From the IMG/VR virus record IMGVR_UViG_3300044638_007100: 64,000 nt of DNA; one strand, written 5' to 3'. The position numbers were made by a program, and so were the translations under genes. Shown piece by piece: positions 28,890-39,163 of the stretch. Each line of letters opens with the position of its first letter. The first letter of the stretch is position 1. Source of the DNA: a virus. The notes beneath the pieces were generated by a model. That model did no database searches. It saw only the letters and a list, made by a program, of their open reading frames with translations, and had not been told where the DNA came from.

Positions 28890-29545
28890 TCTTTTCCTTT
28901 CAGAACTTCCTCCCAGTCCTTCTGGAATAACTCCAGTCCTTTATCCGTTAAAATATTTTTATACATTCCCCAGAATACAACTGGAGGAATTGTAACAACA
29001 TCAGCACCATAAAGTGCAGATTGTTCTACTTGTCTTACATCACGAAGAGATGCGGCAAGAATCTGTGTGCTGGTTCCTGAGTAATCAAATGCCTTACGGA
29101 TATTCTTGATAAGTTCAATACCATCTACAGAATTATCCATCCAACGACCCACGAATGGTGAAATATAAGTTGCTCCTGCCTTTGATGCAAGTATTGCCTG
29201 TGCTACCGAGAACACAAGAGTTACATTTGTTTTGATACCAAGTGAGGAAAGATGCTTACATGCTTTCAATCCTTCTACGGTACAAGGAACTTTAATTGTA
29301 ACTGCTGGTGAGATTGTATAATAATTTTTTGCTTCTGTAAGCATTTCCTCTGCCGTATCTGCAACGACTTCTGCCGAAATGCTTTCTAACTCTGGGAATG
29401 TTTTTCCAATTTCACTAATAACTTCTTGAAGTTGTCTACCACTTTTAAGAATCAAAGTGGGATTTGTAGTAACTCCATCCAGTAGTCCAGTATCATATGC
29501 TGAACTAATCATTGAAACGTCTGCTGTGTCTAAAAAGATCTTCAT
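28886..29545 (-). CDS. talC: Transaldolase (TalC/MipB type)
   Basis: MKIFLDTAD, GVTTNP, TIKVP (Schiff-base Lys), NVTLVFS, YISPFVGR. Confidence 0.96.
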   Translation of the reverse strand: MKIFLDTADVSMISSAYDTGLLDGVTTNPTLILKSGRQLQEVISEIGKTFPELESISAEVVADTAEEMLTEAKNYYTISPAVTIKVPCTVEGLKACKHLSSLGIKTNVTLVFSVAQAILASKAGATYISPFVGRWMDNSVDGIELIKNIRKAFDYSGTSTQILAASLRDVRQVEQSALYGADVVTIPPVVFWGMYKNILTDKGLELFQKDWEEVLKGKE

Positions 29546-29624
29546 AAAAGAAAAAGAACTCCTTAGTAATTATAAGAAGTTCTTTTTAGAGTGTCTATGA
29601 ATTGTTGGGATTTGAAGATATTAT

Positions 29625-30326
29625 TCAATACTTTTCCAAGCAATAGATTCCATTCTTTTCCACAATTGCAGAACATGTATCGCACCAATCTCCACAGCAC
29701 ATATAAGTAATTTTATTAAACTTACGAATATTTCCAGAATGTATGTGACCACAAATTACTCCGTCATATTTCTTATCTCTCTGAACACAAAATGATGCAA
29801 TATCAGTCTCATATTGATTGATATAGTTCTTACCCCGAACACTATTCTTCAGTGCATAAACCAAAGAGAATCTGAAGAATCTTTCCAGTAACAAACTGAT
29901 CGGTGTAATCAATTCATATCCTTTATTAAACATTAATTGTTTCCAGGAACCGGATGAATACTCGGAATACTTATCTCCATGAACACAAAGAAACTTATTT
30001 CCCTTTGAATCTTTATGCGTATATTCATCTACCATTCGGAAGTTCTTATGTTCAAAATCACAGTAGCGACGAATTTGCCCTTCGTGATTTCCAAGAATAT
30101 AAATGACCTCTGTTCCCCTTTTAGCAAGATTTAATATTTGATGAACACACTCAGTATGTTCTTTTGTCCAACGAGTATTATATTTTTCCATACAGTAGAT
30201 GTCTATTATATCACCTACCATTACTAACTTTTTAGTTTTGAGTTCTTTCAAAAACTTTAAGAACTTTTCAGTATTACATCTAGGTGTTCCTAAATGAACA
30301 TCACTGATAAAAGTTGTATCGTACAT
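29625..30326 (-). CDS. Metallophosphoesterase, LpxH/PlcP-like
   Basis: FISDVHLG, VGDIID, GNHE, VHGD, DGVICGHIH, GDW motifs. Confidence 0.8.
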   Translation of the reverse strand: MYDTTFISDVHLGTPRCNTEKFLKFLKELKTKKLVMVGDIIDIYCMEKYNTRWTKEHTECVHQILNLAKRGTEVIYILGNHEGQIRRYCDFEHKNFRMVDEYTHKDSKGNKFLCVHGDKYSEYSSGSWKQLMFNKGYELITPISLLLERFFRFSLVYALKNSVRGKNYINQYETDIASFCVQRDKKYDGVICGHIHSGNIRKFNKITYMCCGDWCDTCSAIVEKNGIYCLEKY

Positions 30327-30346
30327 AAAAAAGTATTTTTAAATAT

Positions 30347-31066
30347 TTATGATATGACTTGCAATAAATTTCCAAAATAATAAAGTATGTCATACTCATG
30401 CATTTTCTTTCTTGTGGGAAAATTATGATGATCCTTATGCATTTCTGCTCCCCACATTAGAGGAAATAATAATCTCAAATTAATTGCACTATAAGGATTT
30501 TGTTTTCCCAAATGAGAGATAATAAACAGAAGATTAATCATCCAAAAACTAATTACGGGTATGAACGGAAATAAGATTGTAGAAATAACAGAATACTGCA
30601 TATGATTATAATGTTGTTTTTTTATAACATCATCTCTCATAAATTTTAAAGTCAATTTAGGACTTGGTGGATGTTCATCATTCCAATTTTTAAAAATGGT
30701 ATTAAGAACACCAACATATCTAAAATTATGTGGATCTTTATTTGTATCAATAAATCTATGATGATTGATATGAATCGCAGAATTTGCAGCAACACTTCCA
30801 AAATTACACATGGAAAATAATATACAAAAAAGTTCATTTATTCTTTTTGAAAATTTAAACTGCTGATGTGCAATTGTTCTGTGCATAAACAATTCCGCAG
30901 ACAAATTAAAAATAGTCAATCCAATTAAAAATGAAATAATTAGATACCAAATTCCAAAAAAATAACAATAGGCAAAGAAAAATAAATGACTGATTGCAAA
31001 AAAAGTCAAGTATGTTTTCTTAGTTCTTGGTAATTTAATTGTCAAAGTTTTTAAAAAAGATTGCAT
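30347..31066 (-). CDS. Membrane fatty-acid (acyl-lipid) desaturase
   Basis: Three His boxes HRTIAH, HINHH and HKDHH with hydrophobic helices; delta-9-like spacing. Confidence 0.8.
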   Translation of the reverse strand: MQSFLKTLTIKLPRTKKTYLTFFAISHLFFFAYCYFFGIWYLIISFLIGLTIFNLSAELFMHRTIAHQQFKFSKRINELFCILFSMCNFGSVAANSAIHINHHRFIDTNKDPHNFRYVGVLNTIFKNWNDEHPPSPKLTLKFMRDDVIKKQHYNHMQYSVISTILFPFIPVISFWMINLLFIISHLGKQNPYSAINLRLLFPLMWGAEMHKDHHNFPTRKKMHEYDILYYFGNLLQVIS

Positions 31067-31508
31067 TTTCTATTTCGTCGCAGTTAAATTTTGTCCAACC
31101 GTATCTATCAAAAAGTTTATGTGGTATTTTGCTATTTTCCAAAAAGGCAGCAAGACCCTTTATATTTTTTATCTTTCTCTGAGTATTTAATACATCATAT
31201 GTTTTTTTCAATAACCAAGGTCTTTCTCCTCTATGATTTTTATCAATAAACATTCCATAAAAATAATACAATTCTTGAGTATTTGGAAGATAATTTAATT
31301 TTGCTGTACTTACTCCAATAATTTGCTGAGTATCAATATCTCTAATCACATAAATTACATGATTTACTCTTTCCAATGCTTGCTGGTAATTCAATGCTCC
31401 ATTTCTTACCCATAAATCAACAATCTTTTCTCTGATTAAAAAATAAGGTTGATTATAAACTCGAATCAATTCATAGTTCATACTATAGTAGTAAAAGCAG
31501 CAGTACAA
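31035..31508 (-). CDS. Hypothetical protein, possibly GNAT-like
   Basis: IIGVSTA...YYFYGMFIDKNHRG resembles the acetyl-CoA-binding strand-loop; start probably MNYEL. Confidence 0.4.
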   Translation of the reverse strand: MYCCFYYYSMNYELIRVYNQPYFLIREKIVDLWVRNGALNYQQALERVNHVIYVIRDIDTQQIIGVSTAKLNYLPNTQELYYFYGMFIDKNHRGERPWLLKKTYDVLNTQRKIKNIKGLAAFLENSKIPHKLFDRYGWTKFNCDEIENAIFFKNFDN

Positions 31509-32749
31509 AAAATTGCTAATAATCCAGAAATAGCAACATAATTTGGTATTTTAGTTGCAACATAATTTACAATATGAGACATGAGAGAACTAGTAGATGC
31601 AATTGCCACCAATCTAATATTACCACCAGAAATATCAACAGCAAATGTTGCAATTCCAGAATTTACTTCCGAATATACTTCACTATAAACATTATTAGAA
31701 CTAGTACAAATTGTAGAAATTTTAACAACTTGTTCTGCATTGCTAATAATAGTATAATCAACTGAGCGATATTCTCCTATTGAAAATCTTGAATGAATGC
31801 CAACGGGATCGGTTGTTTGAGTAACTATATCAATTTCAGATCCATATAGAACTCCACCACCATAAGGATACAGTTGAGGATATTGTGTCAATCCATTATC
31901 CTTTATGAAGACATTACCACCAACTACAAGTTTTTCTGTTGGGGAAGGTATGTTTATTATACTGTTTATACCTGTACCTAGACCTACACCTAAATTACCC
32001 GGAAAAGTAGCACTGGAATTTGGATTAAACCTCCACTCAGATCTTGGTTGATAACTGAATATTAAATCATCACCGATTGAATAAGATGCAGCAGCATCCA
32101 ATGTAACTTCAACTAAATTGCCAAAAGTACCAGAAATATAAGTATTGACAATATTGTAATTTATGACTTCAGATCCAGGTGCTGAGACAGCTACAGTGTC
32201 TCCTACTGTAAGATACCGTGCCCAAGGATAAATAAAAGCATCAATAGTAATAAAATCGGTAGTACTATTACTATCTGCAATAATCGTTGATGTAGTAGTC
32301 GAATCTGGAACACCTATTACAACTGGCCCAGTATGGTCAATTTTAACAAATCTATCATCATCACCAATAACCAGATCTGCGGTATTAACATTACCAGACT
32401 CAATGTGAATATGAGACTGATCCGAAGGAGTCACTGCTGTTGGACGAATTCTTAAATATTGACCCTGACCCAGTAAAGATTCGTTTGGTATTAATTCAAT
32501 ATCACCTAGATTATTATATCCAGCAGTGCCGTTACCTATGATTTGAGTTCCAGTTATTTTAAGATCACTTATTTTTGCATCACCATTAACATCGAGTATG
32601 TATTGAGGATCTGTGGTTCCTATACCAACATTAGAAGTTGTATGAATACCTGATGATGTAGTAACCCATTGACATGATTCACCCACAGATACTTCAGAAC
32701 TACCGGCAGTATCTATCCATTCCCCATCCTGTCTCACAAAAACTGGCAT
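31478..32749 (-). CDS. Tail-fibre-like virion protein
   Basis: QWVTTSSGIHTTSNVGIGTT module shared with other fibre genes; C-terminal RS.DYTI / AT.AVDISGG domain. Confidence 0.6.
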   Translation of the reverse strand: MPVFVRQDGEWIDTAGSSEVSVGESCQWVTTSSGIHTTSNVGIGTTDPQYILDVNGDAKISDLKITGTQIIGNGTAGYNNLGDIELIPNESLLGQGQYLRIRPTAVTPSDQSHIHIESGNVNTADLVIGDDDRFVKIDHTGPVVIGVPDSTTTSTIIADSNSTTDFITIDAFIYPWARYLTVGDTVAVSAPGSEVINYNIVNTYISGTFGNLVEVTLDAAASYSIGDDLIFSYQPRSEWRFNPNSSATFPGNLGVGLGTGINSIINIPSPTEKLVVGGNVFIKDNGLTQYPQLYPYGGGVLYGSEIDIVTQTTDPVGIHSRFSIGEYRSVDYTIISNAEQVVKISTICTSSNNVYSEVYSEVNSGIATFAVDISGGNIRLVAIASTSSLMSHIVNYVATKIPNYVAISGLLAIFCTAAFTTIV

Positions 32750-32780
32750 TTCTATTACCTCCTATTTTTGATATTTATGA

Positions 32781-34415
32781 TTAGTCATAAGCAATATAAG
32801 TATATTTCTTAAATGCAACAAAAGAAATAATGTAATTTATAAATTCAGAATTTGTTGGTGTAGAAATAAGAACAAATTTATTATCAATAGAATCTACAGA
32901 ATATGATGTTAATGGAGTATTTGTAGAAACATAAGTTGTACCATATTGATTATGAGATACAGTAATGCCATATCCAACAGCAATCACCTTTGCAGTTTGA
33001 ATAACATTTTGTTGATTTCTTGCTCTAATGGTATACTCCACAGAATCATATTCATCTATAGAAAGAGTTGAATCTATTGTAACTGGACTTAAATCGCCAT
33101 GACTAACAGCAGTATTAGAATTTCCATAAATGACAAAATTATTGATCGATATATTTCCATGAACTTCAAGTCTTTCTGATGGATTATTAGTTCCTATACC
33201 AACATTAAAGTTCTCATTTCCAATAATCCAAGTACTATTTCCTACACCAATTGCTAATTGATTATCACCAGATGAATTGTAGAGTTGAACATTATGTCCA
33301 ATCGCTATATTGCAAGATCCATTAGATGATGATCCAGCACTATAACCAAAGAAGTTATTATAAGATCCATTAGATGATGATCCAGCATTATAACCAAAGA
33401 AGTTATTATAAGATCCATCTGTGTTGGCAAATCCTGCTTGAGAACCAAAGAAGTTATTATCAGTTCCAGTGGTGTTAAGATTACCAGAATTATATCCAAA
33501 GAAGTTATTAAAAGATCCAAGAGTATTATATCTACCAGAATACTTACCTAAAAAGTTGTTATGATATCCAGCAATACTACAACATCCCGAACCTTTACCG
33601 AAGAAGTTATTATCAGATCCATCACTATTATTTAATCCCGAATCGATGCCAAAGAAGTTATTACGAGATCCAGAAGTATTATTAAGTCCCGCACAAGCAC
33701 CAAAGAAGTTATTGTTACTTCCAAATGTAGTACAATTACCAGCATTACATCCTACAAAGAAATTATTTGCTGCACTTGTAATGGAAGGTAATGATGTATT
33801 ACATGAAATAAAGTTTGAAGTGCAGCAGGCAATGATTGCACCAGAACCACCAACTACAGTGCTGATTCCCGGTTGATACCATATATCACCATCGCAAGGA
33901 TCAACTGGTGCTTCTGTAGAAATATATCTTGCCCCATAAGCATTACTTGCCGAAGTAATGCCTATTGTTGCTCCAATAGAAATAATTGGATTTGAGCAAC
34001 CATATCCAATTTGAATTACAAAGACACTTCCGATTCCTGTATTACCACCAGATCCTCCATTACTTGATCCATAATAAGTTGCTCTTTCTCTTACATGAAC
34101 CATACCCTCATACACTCTTGTCACATTACCATTGACATCTTCTATCACGATGTCATAAATGTATCTTCCAGGTTTTATGTTTGAAGTTTCTTCTGAAGTT
34201 AAAGAAATTTCAACCTGTCCAAGAGTTGGTGGATCTACTATTACAGTTGCGAAAGTTACTGAAGCGGCACTACCAGTCCACTTCCTCATCTGAGAAGCTA
34301 CAATATAATTGGTTAAATCAATTGCAGAATTGGAATTGGAGTCCTTTAATGAAAAAATTTGGCTAAAGTCCGCGCCAGCATTAATGACTATATTATTTAC
34401 ATATACTGGTGCCAT
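32781..34415 (-). CDS. Tail-fibre-like protein with an N-terminal baseplate-attachment domain and NNFFG repeats
   Basis: N-terminal YV.NIVI..GADF...GRYIYDIVI...TRV.EG.V.V domain; GAIIACCTSNFISCN block shared with 22708-25635. Confidence 0.7.
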   Translation of the reverse strand: MAPVYVNNIVINAGADFSQIFSLKDSNSNSAIDLTNYIVASQMRKWTGSAASVTFATVIVDPPTLGQVEISLTSEETSNIKPGRYIYDIVIEDVNGNVTRVYEGMVHVRERATYYGSSNGGSGGNTGIGSVFVIQIGYGCSNPIISIGATIGITSASNAYGARYISTEAPVDPCDGDIWYQPGISTVVGGSGAIIACCTSNFISCNTSLPSITSAANNFFVGCNAGNCTTFGSNNNFFGACAGLNNTSGSRNNFFGIDSGLNNSDGSDNNFFGKGSGCCSIAGYHNNFLGKYSGRYNTLGSFNNFFGYNSGNLNTTGTDNNFFGSQAGFANTDGSYNNFFGYNAGSSSNGSYNNFFGYSAGSSSNGSCNIAIGHNVQLYNSSGDNQLAIGVGNSTWIIGNENFNVGIGTNNPSERLEVHGNISINNFVIYGNSNTAVSHGDLSPVTIDSTLSIDEYDSVEYTIRARNQQNVIQTAKVIAVGYGITVSHNQYGTTYVSTNTPLTSYSVDSIDNKFVLISTPTNSEFINYIISFVAFKKYTYIAYD

Positions 34416-34438
34416 TTTTTAAATGTTCCCCTACTCTT

Positions 34439-34446
34439 TATTTATA
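34439..34446 (-). promoter_or_regulatory. T4-type late promoter TATAAATA
   Basis: Exact match about 24 nt upstream of ATG 34415. Confidence 0.7.
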
Positions 34447-34671
34447 ATTGTATTAAAAATCAAAGATCTTGTGTGAGGGACATTATAAACATAAAGATTC
34501 CGAAGAGTATGAAAACTGTGAGAATGAAAAACATATTCTTAAAAATACATTACTGAAAGAGTAAATATGACGAATATGATAACTGTGAACATCATAATTC
34601 CTACTCCTGCCCAGATTATCCAAGGTTCCATAGGTTCGTGTTGAGGATTGTGAGACATATTATTGGTGCTT

Positions 34672-34932
34672 TTAATTATTGGGTTTATCATTAGTATCTC
34701 GTTCCTGAATTCCGACTTCCATTGCATTCATTGTAAAATTATATGCATTGACTTTTTGATTTTTACTAACTTTACTAATATAGTAAATACGTCCTATATC
34801 ATCTTTAAGTTGATTCAGTTGTGTTTGAATTCCTTCCATTGATGCATAATTAGAAGTTGTTGAAAAGTCCTCTGGATAACTTACAAAAGCATCTTCCAGT
34901 GTTTTGATTTGTTCTGTTGTTAGTTGTTTCAT
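34672..34932 (-). CDS. Hypothetical protein
   Basis: Intact ORF with ATG; no recognisable motif. Confidence 0.4.
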   Translation of the reverse strand: MKQLTTEQIKTLEDAFVSYPEDFSTTSNYASMEGIQTQLNQLKDDIGRIYYISKVSKNQKVNAYNFTMNAMEVGIQERDTNDKPNN

Positions 34933-35132
34933 ATGTTTTGGGGTTTATGAGCATCTTAGCAGAGTTGGGAGTCTTATGTCAATAAAAAGCATCTTTATTT
35001 AATTTATAAGTCTTTCCATTTACTGTAATTTTACCATCACCTTCTCCTGTCAATGCTTTTCGTAATTGTTTACTTGCAACAGGGTCTCTGAGTATCTCTT
35101 CTAGTTTTTTACTTATAGGTAATTTCATAGTC

Positions 35133-35288
35133 TTATTGGTGCTTTTGTAAATATGCAACCAAATCTTTAAGGTAGTCAGATGCCTTATCCCAATCCCCAT
35201 TAAACCTATCATTAAGTTCTTGATAAATTTTTTCTGCATTTTCAGGTGCTAGATTGGTTGCCTCAATAAATCCTTCTTTAGTAATCAT
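35133..35288 (-). CDS. Small hypothetical protein (51 aa)
   Basis: Read by hand: MITKEGFIEATNLAPENAEKIYQELNDRFNGDWDKASDYLKDLVAYLQKHQ; overlaps the upstream stop. Confidence 0.45.
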   Translation of the reverse strand: MITKEGFIEATNLAPENAEKIYQELNDRFNGDWDKASDYLKDLVAYLQKHQ

Positions 35289-35892
35289 AATGTTTTAATG
35301 TTTTTTCTGTAAGGTTAATAATTTCTACTATGGGCAATTCTATCACATAACACTCCGTATATCCACTATCCGTGGTCTCAAAATCAATTTTATAATTTTG
35401 ATATTTTTGGTGGATGAATTTTTCAAGATGATGGACTTGATAGTGAATTCCTTTCCATATCTTAATAACACTATGCAATTTATTTTTGGTGTGGTTTGCT
35501 AATTTATTGAAACTTCTACCAACCTTATAAACCAATTTACCTTCAAGATAGACAATAACCAAATACAAATAATCAGTATCAAAATATCTTTCTTTCCAAG
35601 GATTTTGGTAGTTATTTCCTTGTAGTTTTTCGCCATATTTTTTGACTCTTTCATCAGTTTCTTTGGTTAATCCTTTATTCCAAACTTTTTGACCTGTTTT
35701 CTTTCCTTTATTCCAAGGTTCTTTACCAACCTGCCATTCAGAAAAGTTTCTTGTTACACCAATTGTTTTAAGATACTTATATACGGAAACTCTTGGTATG
35801 TTTAGTTGTCTTCCAATTTCGTGGGAGGATAAACCAGACAAATACATTTGTTTCCAAATCTCCCTATCCTTATCAGTATATTTTATATTCAT
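35278..35892 (-). CDS. Free-standing homing-endonuclease-like protein (HTH + NUMOD-type repeats + GIY-YIG-like domain)
   Basis: HTH (GLSSHEIGRQLNIPRVSVYKYL), PWNKG/VWNKGLTKETDERV repeats, YLYLV...YKVGRS; ATG at 35892 with late promoter. Confidence 0.65.
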   Translation of the reverse strand: MNIKYTDKDREIWKQMYLSGLSSHEIGRQLNIPRVSVYKYLKTIGVTRNFSEWQVGKEPWNKGKKTGQKVWNKGLTKETDERVKKYGEKLQGNNYQNPWKERYFDTDYLYLVIVYLEGKLVYKVGRSFNKLANHTKNKLHSVIKIWKGIHYQVHHLEKFIHQKYQNYKIDFETTDSGYTECYVIELPIVEIINLTEKTLKHYDY

Positions 35893-35916
35893 TTGTGGTC
35901 TGCTCACGGATATTAT

Positions 35917-35949
35917 TATTTATAAAAAAGAGACCTTTACAGGTCTCTT
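35917..35949 (-). terminator. psbA terminator overlapping a late promoter for the endonuclease
   Basis: 9-bp stem AAGAGACCT/AGGTCTCTT with GTAA loop; the T-run continues directly into TATAAATA (35924-35917). Confidence 0.8.
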
Positions 35950-35975
35950 CATTATATCACAATTTAGTGATTATA

Positions 35976-36305
35976 TCAACCGATAGAAGGAGCAGTTAGA
36001 GCAACCGAAGTTGTTTCTGCTGCAGCCAAATCTAAAGGAAAATTATGTGCATTTCTCTCGTGCATAACTTCCATACCCAACCCAGATTTGTTCAATATGT
36101 CCGCCCAAGTAGGAATTACCCGGTTTTGACTATCCAGAATACTCTGATTGAAATTTAGTCCGTTGAGGTTGAATGCCATAGTGCTTACGCCTAGAGCAGT
36201 AAACCAGATGCCCACAACGGGCCAAGCGGCGAGGAAGAAGTGAAGTGAACGAGAATTATTGAACGAAGCATATTGGAAAATGAGTCGTCCAAAGTAACCG
36301 TGAGC
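35976..36305 (-). CDS. psbA: Photosystem II D1, exon 2 (A251 to end)
   Basis: [30 protein letters not shown]...[13 protein letters not shown]; spliced product is 360 aa. Confidence 0.97.
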   Translation of the reverse strand, partial: AHGYFGRLIFQYASFNNSRSLHFFLAAWPVVGIWFTALGVSTMAFNLNGLNFNQSILDSQNRVIPTWADILNKSGLGMEVMHERNAHNFPLDLAAAETTSVALTAPSIG

Positions 36306-36514
36306 CAATTGTCCAAAAGTTTCCTTAAGGGTTGGACTATATCTTCACCTATTAAAGGTGCTGGGCGCTCTTGCCTGTTATTAAGGGAACTGTATCCCTC
36401 AGGTAGTCTCTGAACCTTTCCTAGATGTATCTAGGACTTGGATGCTGATTGCCATATCCATAAAGGACTTAGGTTTCCAGCAGTTCACCCAGTTTAACGT
36501 GACCCGCTCTGTCA
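36306..36514 (-). mobile_element. Group I intron, 209 nt, ORF-less
   Basis: 5' exon ends in U and intron ends in G; P1 GUGGCU/GGUCAC with U-G at the splice site; core elements GAACTGCTGGAAA, AATCAGCA, TCAGAGACTAC, AAGATATAGTCC; removal restores IVA-AHG in frame. Confidence 0.93.
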
Positions 36515-37267
36515 AGCCACGATGTTATAAGTCTCTTCTTCTTGTCCGAACTTATAACCATAATTCTGCGATTCAGTTTCAGTAGTTTCACGAACCAGTG
36601 AAGAAGTCACTAGTGAACCGTGCATAGCACTGAAGAGTGAACCACCGAACACACCAGCAACTCCAAGCATATGGAATGGGTGCATAAGGATATTGTGTTC
36701 TGCCTGGAACACAAGCATATAGTTGAAGGTTCCAGAAATACCCAGAGGCATCGCATCAGAGAAAGAACCTTGACCGAAAGGATAGACCAGGAACACGGCA
36801 GAAGCAGCAGCAACAGGAGCACTGTAAGCAACCATAATCCAAGGACGCATACCTAGACGGTAGGAGAGTTCCCATTCACGACCCATATAGCAGTAGATGC
36901 CGATAAGGAAGTGGAACACAATCAGTTGGAAAGGTCCACCATTATAAAGCCATTCATCAAGACTTGCTGCTTCCCAAATAGGATAGAAGTGAAGTCCGAT
37001 AGCATTAGAAGAAGGAACAACGGCACCAGAGATGATGTTGTTTCCATACATTAGAGAACCAGCAACAGGTTCACGAATACCGTCAATGTCTACTGGTGGA
37101 GCTGCAATAAATGCCACGATGAAGCAAATAGTAGCAGCAAGTAGTGTCGGAATCATAAGAGTTCCGAACCACCCAACATAAAGACGGTTGTCGGTAGAAG
37201 TAACCCACTGGCAAAAAGATTCCCAGAGGTTTTCGCCAGAACGGCGTGAAGCAATTGTAGCAGTCAT
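36515..37267 (-). CDS. psbA: Photosystem II D1, exon 1
   Basis: [47 protein letters not shown]. Confidence 0.97.
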
Positions 37268-37386
37268 TTGTTAAAAAGGGTAAGTAAAAATTCAGGGGGA
37301 ACTGAACGGTACAGATATTCCTACACCACCCTCCAGTGTAGGTATGAGAGACTATGTTTAACCTCCCCATAGGTCTCGGTTAGGTA
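37268..37386 (-). ncRNA. Structured psbA 5' leader, PhotoRC-II-like motif
   Basis: CCTAACCGAGAC...GTCTCTCATA, CCTACAC/GTGTAGG hairpin with GAGGGTG loop, TTCAG/CTGAA hairpin, CTTAC before ATG; resembles my recollection of PhotoRC-II. Confidence 0.65.
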
Positions 37387-37435
37387 GAGGACAACATTAA
37401 GAATCTGTTACATTTCTTAACTTGTTGTTGTATTT

Positions 37436-37464
37436 ATCATAGCACTGTCAGGAAATCCTGTCAA
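37436..37464 (-). promoter_or_regulatory. Sigma70-type psbA promoter
   Basis: TTGACA(37464-59), 17 bp, TATGAT(37441-36). Confidence 0.75.
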
Positions 37465-37474
37465 GCCCCCTCAA

Positions 37475-39133
37475 TCAAATAGAAGTTACAAGCAAACTCA
37501 TGCCAGTAACGATTATACCAGTATCGGTTCCTTTGTTGCGAATATGAAGTTCAACATAATCATTTTGCTTATGATCGTGAATGTCAGTCAAATGAACAGT
37601 ATAAAATTGTCCATATGTTGTGCTATTAACTAAAGTTGCAGAAGACCTAAGAATTGTACCAATTCCTGCGGATGAATTATAATCATAAATTCCAACCTCT
37701 ACATCAAAATCAATAAATGGTCCAGAAGCAGGAACATCTTGAGTGAAAGTAACTGTTGCTTGAGATAAAAACTTTCTATCAGTTGCAACATTATAAGTTA
37801 CTCTATTATCAGTTGCAGTAAATTTAGAATTGATTGAACCATCAGTGGTTGTGATTCCTGCAATTTTAGTCCAAATATCCGTAGATCCAATACCAATAAC
37901 TGTAGGAGTAGAATTATTCTTCATATAAAATTGACCAGAAGGAAATGTATTGTCTATACCACGATTTCCTTCAAAGAAACTATCTCTACCATTAATGTCA
38001 GTATGAGTACTCACTCCAATCTTAGTTCCAGGTCCTGAAAAATTACAAGTCTGTATAATAAAACTTTCAGGTTGAGAGAATGTAACACCATCCTGAACTG
38101 TGATACCAGTATAACCAGAAGGAACTACGAATGAACAAACTGTTGTACGAATTCTTCTACTACAAATAAAAGTACTTGGAAAATTAAGAATAGATTTTGT
38201 TCCACCAAGTCCAAAGTTTCCACTAAACAAACACTGATTAAATCCTACGGTTCCTGTCGTTCCGTCAAAAGTCAAATCCTGAGAATTCAAAAATGCACCA
38301 TCAAGCAAAATAAAATTATTATAACTTGAAATAATACCTACCTTTGCACAATCAGTGAAGTTTACCCCAAACCAATCCAGAGCATGAACCGAAGGAATAG
38401 AGGCAACAAGATTAATTGCATAAGGTGCTTCAAACGTAATATTGCGAATTGGAAGTGAATAAACACTACTCAAAAGTGCAACATCAGTAGCAATTCCTGT
38501 AGATTTAATTCTGCAATTTTCACTTGAACCACCAAGAATCGTTGTGTTATCACCAGCGACTAAACGATCTCCTTGCAAATCAACAGTAGTTGTGAAGAAA
38601 TAAGTATAATTATCTTTGAGATTAATTACTCCGTTTACTGCTGGAGGTAAATCATTCTTAGTTCCAACAAAAATAAAGTTTACAACATCATCCAGAAACT
38701 TAAATTGAGTTTCACCACCTCCACCAATCGTTGCCATCTGCTGTTGGATACGATTGATAAACAATTGATAATGATCATTGAGTTGCTGAAACGTTACAAA
38801 TTGCTGATCTAATGGTGTAAGAGGATCAGTATTTTTTACATTTGGAGGTTCATTCAATAAACCTTCATTAAGATTTTTCTTTGGTTGTGGAATAGGAGTA
38901 TTCTTAAGTTGCTGACGAAGTTCATAAACTTCATCATGCTGATTCACAACTAAGTTCTGTAAAAAATCAATATTTTCTGTAAGTTGCTGTGTTTGCTCCT
39001 TTAATCTATCAACTTCTGTTTTCTTCTGATCTGCTTCATATTCTTCATAAGTTCTTTTCTTACTAGAAGAACTCTTAGGAGTTGATGGATTCTTCGGACT
39101 AACATGATGTAAAATTTTAGAATACTTATTCAT
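37475..39133 (-). CDS. Virion structural/fibre-like protein
   Basis: Coiled coil plus FINRIQQQ.ATIGGGGE module shared with 45617-47644; beta-helix-like middle; beta-sandwich-like C-terminal domain. Confidence 0.6.
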   Translation of the reverse strand: MNKYSKILHHVSPKNPSTPKSSSSKKRTYEEYEADQKKTEVDRLKEQTQQLTENIDFLQNLVVNQHDEVYELRQQLKNTPIPQPKKNLNEGLLNEPPNVKNTDPLTPLDQQFVTFQQLNDHYQLFINRIQQQMATIGGGGETQFKFLDDVVNFIFVGTKNDLPPAVNGVINLKDNYTYFFTTTVDLQGDRLVAGDNTTILGGSSENCRIKSTGIATDVALLSSVYSLPIRNITFEAPYAINLVASIPSVHALDWFGVNFTDCAKVGIISSYNNFILLDGAFLNSQDLTFDGTTGTVGFNQCLFSGNFGLGGTKSILNFPSTFICSRRIRTTVCSFVVPSGYTGITVQDGVTFSQPESFIIQTCNFSGPGTKIGVSTHTDINGRDSFFEGNRGIDNTFPSGQFYMKNNSTPTVIGIGSTDIWTKIAGITTTDGSINSKFTATDNRVTYNVATDRKFLSQATVTFTQDVPASGPFIDFDVEVGIYDYNSSAGIGTILRSSATLVNSTTYGQFYTVHLTDIHDHKQNDYVELHIRNKGTDTGIIVTGMSLLVTSI

Positions 39134-39163
39134 TCTTATATTCTTTTTTAGTATTTATTTCAC

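Noticed and set aside
34979-35239. 86-aa ORF as given in the track
   Set aside because: The 5' half overlaps a better ORF (35133-35288); only the part from ATG 35128 is likely real.
35976-37267. psbA as a pseudogene with a premature stop
   Set aside because: The TGA is the first three bases of a group I intron; splicing restores a 360-aa D1.
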